DNA of 64,000 nucleotides, from assembly GCA_016871175.1 (NCBI GenBank), contig VFZL01000015.1:37936-101935 (forward strand), read 5' to 3'. A model generated the notes under the pieces. It was not told where the DNA came from. It was given only the letters and a program-made list of their open reading frames with translations, and made no database searches. Of this stretch, positions 56,899 through 64,000 are shown piece after piece. The position numbers were made by a program, and so were the translations under genes. Source of the stretch: Acidimicrobiia bacterium. Its GTDB lineage: Bacteria; Acidobacteriota; Vicinamibacteria; Vicinamibacterales; CAVVIG01. Positions within the stretch are counted from its first letter, which is position 1; each line of letters begins with the position of its first letter.

Positions 56899-59370
56899 GT
56901 GGCAGTTGACGGGGGGCCCTTGCCAGGACGGCGAATACTCACGCTACTGATGGTCGGTGCTATGGTCACGGTCTGCGCGGTCGCCACCGGCTTGGGTGCG
57001 GCCGGCCCGCAGGCCGGCCGTCGGTCCCAAACCTCTTCGTCCGACGCCTGGCAGCAGGCGCTCGTCAACCGATATTGCGTGACCTGCCACAACAGCAGGC
57101 TGCGCACGGCAGGGCTGGCGCTCGACATCCACGACGCGACCAAGGTGGGCGATGCTCCCGAGATCTGGGAACACGTGGTGCGCAAGCTGCGCGCGGGCGC
57201 CATGCCGCCCTCGCCCAGTCCGCGGCCCGATCGCGCGACCTACGATCGGTTGACCACTTGGCTGGAGTCCGAGCTCGACCGGGCGGCGGCTGCGCACCAG
57301 AACCCAGGACGGACCGAGGCCTTCCATCGTCTCAATCGGACCGAGTATCACAACGCGGTCCGCGATCTACTGGATCTGGAGGTCGACGTCGCAGAGCTGC
57401 TGCCGGCCGACGGTGCAAGCTACGGGTTCGACAACAGCGCCGGAGTGCTCGGGGTCTCCCCGACGCTGCTCGAAGGGTACTTGAGAGCGGCGCGAAAAAT
57501 CAGCCGTACTGCGGTAGGCCGACCGGTGCCATCGGCCACCACCGAAACGTTTCGGGTGACCAACGATCTCTCACAAGATGATTGGGTCGCCGGGATGCCG
57601 TTCGGCACGCGAGGTGGCGCCACTTTCCGCTACAACTTCCCGCAGGACGGCGACTACGTGTTCAGGGTGGCGTTGGCGCGAGGGACCGGGGGCGAACTCG
57701 CCATCTTCGACGCGCCCCATACGCTCGAAGTCAGTCTCGATGATGAGCTCGTGCAGTCCTATACGGTGGGGGAACCGCCTCCGGTGGACGCCGCGCCGGG
57801 CAGTGAGGCGTATCGCGCCTGGCAAGCGAGGCAACGCACCGTGGACCGCGGTTGGGAGTTCCGTGTCCCGGTCGGCGCGGGTCCGCTGGACATACGGGTG
57901 ACCTTCGTTCGACGGACGTGGGCGTATCCGGAAACCGTGCGGGAACCGTATCTGCGTCCGTATGCGGCCGTCGACACGCGGCATCAGCCGTACTTGGGCC
58001 AGATTGCCGTCACGGGTCCCTACGTCACCCGCGATGTGCCGCCCGGCTCGACGCCGAGCCGACGGCGGATCTACGTCTGCGAGGCGGTCGATACCGACCC
58101 GATTCCGCAGCAGACCGCCTGCGCCCGGGCGATTCTGTCGCCATTGGCCCGACGCGCATACCGGCGTCCGGTCACCGCGGCGGACCTCGACGTGCTGTTG
58201 CGGTTTTTCGAAGACGGCCGCGCCGAGGAGGGCTTCGATGCGGGTCTCGAGCTGGCGTTGCGCTGGCTGCTGGCCAGTCCGGAGTTCGTGCTCCGGGTCG
58301 AGCGGGACCCCGACGGACTGGCGCCCGGCACGAACTACGCGATCACGGATCTGGAACTGGCCTCGCGGCTGTCGTTCTTCCTGTGGTCGAGCCTGCCGGA
58401 CGACGAGTTGATCGACCTGGCCCAGCGCGGCCGACTCAGCGATCCCCAGGTGCTGGCCGCTCAAACCCGTCGCATGCTCGACGACGACCGAGCCAAGGCG
58501 CTGGTGACGAATTTCGCGAGCCAGTGGCTCTATGTTCGCAACGTCCCGGCGGTGTATCCGGACGAAGATCTGTTTCCGCACGTCGGTGAAGAGTTGCGGC
58601 AGGCGATGCAACGTGAGACAGAGCTTTTCGTCGAGAGTATCTTTCGCGGCGACGAGAGTGTCCTGAAGCTGCTGACGGCGGACTACACCTTCGTCAACGA
58701 GCGTTTGGCGCGCCACTACGACATTCCCCATGTCTACGGCAGTCATTTTCGACGGGTGTCGCTCGCGGGGTTGCGGAATGACGCGCGTCAGGGCCTCCTC
58801 GGACATGCCAGCATCCTCGCCGTGACGTCGTATCCCAATCGCACCTCTCCGGTCTTACGCGGAAAATGGGTGCTGGAGAATCTGCTCGGGACGCCCCCCG
58901 CGGCTCCGCCGCCGAATGTACCCTCCTTGGAGGCGACGACCGGCGGAGGCGTGGTCCTGTCGATGCGGGAAGCCACGGAACGGCACCGAGCGAATCCGGT
59001 GTGTGCGAGCTGTCACCGGCTGATGGATCCGCCTGGTTTTGCCCTCGAGGAATTCGACGCGGTGGGCCGATTCCGCACACGGTCGGAGGCGAACACCCCG
59101 ATCGATGCGTCGGGCGAGTTGCCGGATGGCACGCGCTTTGTGGGTGCGGCGGGGTTACGCGACGCGCTGGTGTCGAGCCCCGATCGTTTCGTCGGCACTC
59201 TGATCGAGAAGCTCATGACCTATGCCCTCGGCCGGGGGTTGGAGTATTACGACGCGCCCACGGTGCGGAGCATTCTGCGAGAGGCAGCAGAAGCGCAGTA
59301 TCGCTTCTCGGCGATCGCCCTGGGTATCGTCCAGAGTCCACCGTTCAGAATGAGGAGAGTCGCGTCATGA
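56899..59370 (+). CDS. DUF1592-family multi-domain cytochrome c protein (DUF1587/1595/1592/1588/1585)
   Basis: CVTCH..MPP, RLNRTEY.NAVRDL, ARRAYRRP, ELASRLSFFLWSSLPD, TSPVLRGKWV, CASCH, YALGRG. Confidence 0.9.
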   Translation: MAVDGGPLPGRRILTLLMVGAMVTVCAVATGLGAAGPQAGRRSQTSSSDAWQQALVNRYCVTCHNSRLRTAGLALDIHDATKVGDAPEIWEHVVRKLRAGAMPPSPSPRPDRATYDRLTTWLESELDRAAAAHQNPGRTEAFHRLNRTEYHNAVRDLLDLEVDVAELLPADGASYGFDNSAGVLGVSPTLLEGYLRAARKISRTAVGRPVPSATTETFRVTNDLSQDDWVAGMPFGTRGGATFRYNFPQDGDYVFRVALARGTGGELAIFDAPHTLEVSLDDELVQSYTVGEPPPVDAAPGSEAYRAWQARQRTVDRGWEFRVPVGAGPLDIRVTFVRRTWAYPETVREPYLRPYAAVDTRHQPYLGQIAVTGPYVTRDVPPGSTPSRRRIYVCEAVDTDPIPQQTACARAILSPLARRAYRRPVTAADLDVLLRFFEDGRAEEGFDAGLELALRWLLASPEFVLRVERDPDGLAPGTNYAITDLELASRLSFFLWSSLPDDELIDLAQRGRLSDPQVLAAQTRRMLDDDRAKALVTNFASQWLYVRNVPAVYPDEDLFPHVGEELRQAMQRETELFVESIFRGDESVLKLLTADYTFVNERLARHYDIPHVYGSHFRRVSLAGLRNDARQGLLGHASILAVTSYPNRTSPVLRGKWVLENLLGTPPAAPPPNVPSLEATTGGGVVLSMREATERHRANPVCASCHRLMDPPGFALEEFDAVGRFRTRSEANTPIDASGELPDGTRFVGAAGLRDALVSSPDRFVGTLIEKLMTYALGRGLEYYDAPTVRSILREAAEAQYRFSAIALGIVQSPPFRMRRVAS

Positions 59371-60710
59371 TCGTGTCAAAGAAGTCCCTCGGGCGTCGCA
59401 CCGTGCTGCGTGGTGTGGGCGCGACGCTGGCGCTGCCGATGCTCGACGCGATGGTGCCGGCGTTGTCTGGCATTTCCGGTCGAGCGGCCGAGCCGGTCCG
59501 CCGCCTAGGGTGGGTCTACGCACCAAACGGCATGTCCATGTCCTCGTGGACGCCGGCGAAGGTGGGTTCGCTGGAGTTGTCACCAATCCTGAGCCCGCTT
59601 GCGGCGTATCGCGAACAGATGGTCGTGATCAGCGGGTTGGCCCAGGGCCAGGCTGAGGCGCTCGGCGACGGAAACGGTGAGCACACACGAGCGACCGCCA
59701 CCTGGTTGAACGGCGTGCATCCCCGGGAAACCGAGGGCGCGGATGTTCGGGCGGGAAAGACCGTCGATCAGTTTGCCGCTGACCAGCTCGGGCGAACCAC
59801 GCCGCTCGGGTCGCTGGAGCTCGCCATCGACCGGGACTATCTGGTGGGGAGCTGCGACAACGGGTACAGCTGCGTCTACATGAACACCATCTCGTGGCGG
59901 AATCCAACGACGCCGCTTCCGATGGAACACAACCCGCGCGTCCTGTTCGAGCGGCTCTTTGGCGAAGGCGGTTCCACGGCGCGCCGGCACTCGGAGTCGC
60001 GAAAGGATCGCAGCATCCTGGATGCGGTCACGAGTGACCTGGCCCGGCTGCGGCGTGACGTCGGTGCCCACGATCAGGTTCGTATCGCGCAGTATCTCGA
60101 TGCGGTTCGGGCGCTGGAGCGTCGTATTCAGCTCGCGGAGCAGAACGACACCGCGTTGCCCGACCTCGAGCGGCCGGTGGGCATTCCGGAGTCCTACAAG
60201 CAGCATGTCGAACTGATGTTCCAGCTGCTGTCGCTGGCGTATCAGGTTGACATGACGCGCGTGTTCACCTTCATGCTGGGTCGTGAGTTGAATGGGCGCG
60301 CCTATCCGGAGTTTGGCATTCCCGACTCGCACCACGGGTTGTCCCATCATCGGGACGATCCGGTGAAGCTTGCGCAGTTGGCCAAGATCAACGCCTACCA
60401 CGTGTCCCTGTTCGCCGACTTCCTCAGTCAGCTGGCCAATACGCCCGATGGGGATGGGTCGCTCCTCGACCATTCGCTGCTCCTGTACGGCGCGGCGTTG
60501 AGCGACAGCAACAGGCATTCGCACCTCGATCTTCCGTTGCTGCTGGTGGGCGGGGCGGCGGGGCGGCTTCGGGGCGGACGCCACCTCCAATACCCGCGTG
60601 AGACACCAATGACGAATCTGCTCGTGAGTCAGCTGGACAAGGCGGGTGTGCGCCTTGATGACCCCTTGGGGGACAGCACCGGACGACTGGTCGAACTGGC
60701 CCAGCTGTAG
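59367..60710 (+). CDS. DUF1552-family Tat-exported protein
   Basis: GRRTVLRGVGATLALPMLDAM, SLELAI, GYSCVY..ISW, NPRVLFERLFG, HHGLSHH, GSLLDHS; ATGA overlap. Confidence 0.9.
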   Translation: MIVSKKSLGRRTVLRGVGATLALPMLDAMVPALSGISGRAAEPVRRLGWVYAPNGMSMSSWTPAKVGSLELSPILSPLAAYREQMVVISGLAQGQAEALGDGNGEHTRATATWLNGVHPRETEGADVRAGKTVDQFAADQLGRTTPLGSLELAIDRDYLVGSCDNGYSCVYMNTISWRNPTTPLPMEHNPRVLFERLFGEGGSTARRHSESRKDRSILDAVTSDLARLRRDVGAHDQVRIAQYLDAVRALERRIQLAEQNDTALPDLERPVGIPESYKQHVELMFQLLSLAYQVDMTRVFTFMLGRELNGRAYPEFGIPDSHHGLSHHRDDPVKLAQLAKINAYHVSLFADFLSQLANTPDGDGSLLDHSLLLYGAALSDSNRHSHLDLPLLLVGGAAGRLRGGRHLQYPRETPMTNLLVSQLDKAGVRLDDPLGDSTGRLVELAQL

Positions 60711-60809
60711 ACCGGCAGCGGCCCGAACCCACGCGGGCGAGCGATGTGCGCCCGAGCGGGCGTGGCGCCGCCGCCGGCCGGAGGGTGTGCCGCGGCCGAC
60801 AAGAGACGG

Positions 60810-62246
60810 ATGATTGAACAAGTGACTGAACCGTTCGGCACGCGCCGGTCGCCCCGCTGGACCACCGGCCCGGGCATTGCCGTCGTGACGCTCTTGGCGG
60901 TCGTGGGAATCTCGGCATCCGCCAGCGCGCAGTCTGGCGCCTCAGACGCGCTTCACGGCGACCCGGCGATCCATCGGGCGGCCCATGATGGAGATGTCAT
61001 CTCGCTTGGGCGGGAACTCGATCGCGGTGTCGATCCGAACCTGACGAATCGTTTCGGCGTCACACCCCTGGCCTTGGCCTGCGGCGCCGGCCAGGCGGCG
61101 GCGGTTCGGCGGCTGCTGAAGGCGGGTGCCGACCCGAATCGTGCATCACCGGCGGGCGAGACACCGCTGATGGTCGCAGCTCGCACCGGCGTCCTCGACA
61201 GCGTCGTGTCGCTCCTGGAGCACGGGGCCGACCCGTCGGCTCGAGAAAGCTGGCGGGGACAGACCGCGCTGATGTGGGCCGTCGCCGAACGGCACGCCAA
61301 CGTGGTGGGGCCGCTGGTCGCCGCCGGGGCTGAGGTGGACGCGCGTTCGGACGCGGGCTTCACGCCATTGATGTTTGCGACGCGGCTCGGACATATCGAA
61401 ACGGTCGACGCGCTGCTCGATGCCGGCGCGGACATTCATCAGACGCTCAGCGACGGAACCGGAGCCCTCGTGGTGGCGGTGATCAATGCGCACTACGATC
61501 TCGCGGTTCACCTGTTGGAGCGGGGGGCCGATCCGAATGCGGCCGCGCAAGGGTGGACGGCGCTCCACCAGCTCGTGTGGACACGCCGACCGAACACGAA
61601 CAAGAACCAGCACAATCCCTCGCCGCGGCAAAGCGGCAAGGTGACCGATCTCGAGCTGGTCGAGGCGCTGGTGGCCCACGGCGCGGACGTCAACGCGCGC
61701 CAAACGAAGGAACCGCGGGACGGGTACCGGAATCTGCTGAACCGACGTGGCGCGACGCCGTTTCTTCTCGCGGCGAAGGTCGTCGATCTCAAGTTGATGC
61801 GTCTGCTGCTGGACCTGGGTGCCGACCCCCTGTTGACCAATGAGGACGGCACGACGGCGTTGCTCGTGGCGGCGGGGGTGGGGGTGTGGCCAAATGAGAG
61901 CGCCGGCAGCCAGGACGACGCGCTGGCCGCGGTGAAGTTGATGATGGAGCTCGGGGACGTGGCGACGACCGTCGACGCGAACGGCGACACGGCGCTCCAC
62001 GGCGCTGTGCTCCGAGACGCGAAGGCGCTGGCGCTGTTTCTGCTTGGCCAGGGCGTTGAGCCCAATCAGGTCAACGAGTGCGGGTGGACACCGCTGACCA
62101 TCGCACAGGGGGTGTTCTACGGGAATCTTGGGCGGCGCTTTCCCGACCTCGAACGGGTCCTGCTCGAACGTGGCGCCACCTCACCCCTGCCTCCCGGCAC
62201 CCCCGGGTATCAGGGGCTGGGTTACCCCGCCCGGTGTTCTCGTTGA
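60810..62246 (+). CDS. Secreted ankyrin repeat protein
   Basis: Repeated GxTPLxxA..GADPN units; signal-like N-terminus. Confidence 0.9.
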   Translation: MIEQVTEPFGTRRSPRWTTGPGIAVVTLLAVVGISASASAQSGASDALHGDPAIHRAAHDGDVISLGRELDRGVDPNLTNRFGVTPLALACGAGQAAAVRRLLKAGADPNRASPAGETPLMVAARTGVLDSVVSLLEHGADPSARESWRGQTALMWAVAERHANVVGPLVAAGAEVDARSDAGFTPLMFATRLGHIETVDALLDAGADIHQTLSDGTGALVVAVINAHYDLAVHLLERGADPNAAAQGWTALHQLVWTRRPNTNKNQHNPSPRQSGKVTDLELVEALVAHGADVNARQTKEPRDGYRNLLNRRGATPFLLAAKVVDLKLMRLLLDLGADPLLTNEDGTTALLVAAGVGVWPNESAGSQDDALAAVKLMMELGDVATTVDANGDTALHGAVLRDAKALALFLLGQGVEPNQVNECGWTPLTIAQGVFYGNLGRRFPDLERVLLERGATSPLPPGTPGYQGLGYPARCSR

Positions 62247-62648
62247 CCCGCGGCGTGGCCGAGGAAGCACCTGAAGGAACGCTGGTACACCCATCGGGCA
62301 CGCCAGAGGGAGGACAAAGTTACGGACGTGGTGCGAGGCAGCGTCGCCAAGGACGGACTTCGATCGGCTCGATGCGACGGCTCTTGAGTCGTCGTATCTG
62401 CGGTCGACCCTGACGCCCACGGCCGCCACCTCTTCCAGATCCCGAGGGACGCGATCACGTTCAGCCCCATGGCCGTTCCGGCGAAAACATGCTCTTCCAT
62501 GCGGTTACTGGACGGCTTCCGGATATGACCGCAAGCCACATCCCTGCGAAACCGGCCGTTCGCATCGAACCGATCCGCTCTTTGTATCGAACAGAAAACG
62601 AGACCGGTCATTCGCGTGGCTCCCGCGCTGCACGGATAATGGAGTCGA

Positions 62649-63732
62649 GTGACACTCGACGACCTGCGGCGCGCTGCGGTCGCGCGCAGTCTCTTCGCGC
62701 CGACGTTGCTGCAACGCGCGCTCGACGCCCTCGGCTTTGTGCAGGCCGATCCGATCCGGGCACCGGCGCGCGCGCAAGACCTCACGCTGCGTCATCGTGT
62801 GACCGGCTACCGCGCCGGTGATCTCGAGCGTCGATATGCTCACCTCGACATCCACGAGGATGTCTTCGTGAACGATGGCTTCGTCACGAGCGTTGTGCAG
62901 GGCTTGATGCACCCCCGCGGCGGTCCAGCGCCGTGGCCCGCGGGGCGTGGTAGGCAGGTGCGCGCCCTGCTGGAGTTTGTCCGCGCGCGCGGCTCGGTGC
63001 ATCCGCGCGAGGTGAATGATCACTTCTCGCACGGGAAGGTCACCAACTATTGGGGCGGCGTCTCGAGCGCGACGACCCGCCTGCTGGATGCCATGCAATA
63101 CCGCGGCTTGTTGCGGGTCGTGCGTCGCGAGGCCGGGATCCGGGTTTACGCCGCGCACGATCATCAGGCCGGGCCGCGCGACGCCGCGACCCGCCACGCG
63201 TATCTCGACGCGCTGGTGGACGTGATTGTTGGCATGTATGGGCCTCTCCCGGCAGCCAGCCTGTCGAGCCTAGTACGACGGCTGCGTTACGCCGTTCCGC
63301 AGTGGCGAGGCGCGCTGGATCGTACGCTGGAGCGCGCGAAGCGACGACTCGCCCATGCGCGCATCGACGGGGTGGACTGGTACTGGCCGCCCGACAGGCC
63401 AGTCGCGGCTGGCGAGCCAGTCGATCTCGTGCGGCTGTTGGCACCGTTCGATCCAGTCGTGTGGGACCGGCGCCGGTTCGAGATCCTCTGGGGCTGGACG
63501 TATCGTTTCGAGGCGTATACGCCTGTGTCCAAGCGCAAGCTCGGTTATTACGCGCTGCCGCTCCTGTGGCGCGATCGTGTCATCGGTTGGGGAAATGTGT
63601 CGCTGAGAAAAGGGGATACTCCGGTCGGCCTTCGGCTACATCGCATCGCACCCGCCGCGTGATCGAGGGTTCCGCCAGGCACAGGAGGAGGAGTTGAATC
63701 GCCTGCGCGTCTTTCTCCGTCTTGAATCGTGA
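62649..63732 (+). CDS. YcaQ/AlkZ-like winged-helix DNA glycosylase (frameshift near 63612)
   Basis: GFVQADPI (QxD), LLAPFDPVVWDR, YRFEAYTP..KRKLGYYALP; second frame continues ILRSAFGY..EEELNRLRVFL to TGA 63730-63732. Confidence 0.8.
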
Positions 63733-64000
63733 CCGTCGCTCGCCACTTCGCGACGTATCGTTATTGTTACCTCGTCAGCAACGGCAGTTGAAGAGACGGG
63801 CTGTGCGCCGCTCGGAGCGACCGACGATCCCTGACTCGCGCACGTCGACGGCGAAGCTGGAACTCACACGATGAAGTGGCGTTACCGATGCGAGGCCCTC
63901 CCCGGGAGACGTGAGCGGCGTTCTCGGACAACGGCCATGACAACCGCGGGCGACATCGTGCCTGGCATTTGGCCCCGTCCATCTATCCTCGGCTTTCCGG

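Noticed and set aside
62250-62640. Small ORFs or structured RNA between the ankyrin and YcaQ-like genes
   Set aside because: No recognisable motif, RBS-linked start or convincing fold
1-64000. Selenoprotein gene (in-frame TGA plus SECIS) near selC
   Set aside because: None of the interrupted genes is broken by TGA at a Cys-equivalent position
1-64000. CRISPR array
   Set aside because: No 25-45 nt repeats with unique spacers and no cas genes seen; only short degenerate 7-9 nt periodic tracts

Overview
High-GC bacterial chromosomal window. Gene content and style suggest Acidobacteriota, Vicinamibacteria-like (inference): many c-type cytochromes, carboxypeptidase-domain TonB receptors, a DUF1592/DUF1552/ankyrin triplet and periodic intergenic repeats. 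Recognisable genes include modABC with an HTH-TOBE regulator, thrC, prfC, two kup paralogs, kgtP, glgP, a tsdA-like cytochrome and a tRNA-Sec (selC) followed by a truncated tyrosine integrase. At least seven genes carry in-frame stops or homopolymer frameshifts, and a patatin/GMC fusion junction is present, so part of the window is either decaying or noisily assembled. The best leads are: (1) a stand-alone, signal-peptide-bearing RNase A-like (CdiA-CT type) toxin coupled to a CdiI-type immunity gene with no CdiA/CdiB; (2) a PLP C-S lyase-like / Tat-exported DsrE-like / TsdA-like lipoprotein operon; (3) a TonB receptor followed by a heme c + copper monooxygenase + TPR fusion, with a PAL-like lyase elsewhere in the window; (4) a PCu(A)C-fold protein lacking copper ligands; (5) an N-terminal-heme PQQ dehydrogenase. 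All family calls are from motif recognition by eye, with no database searches.
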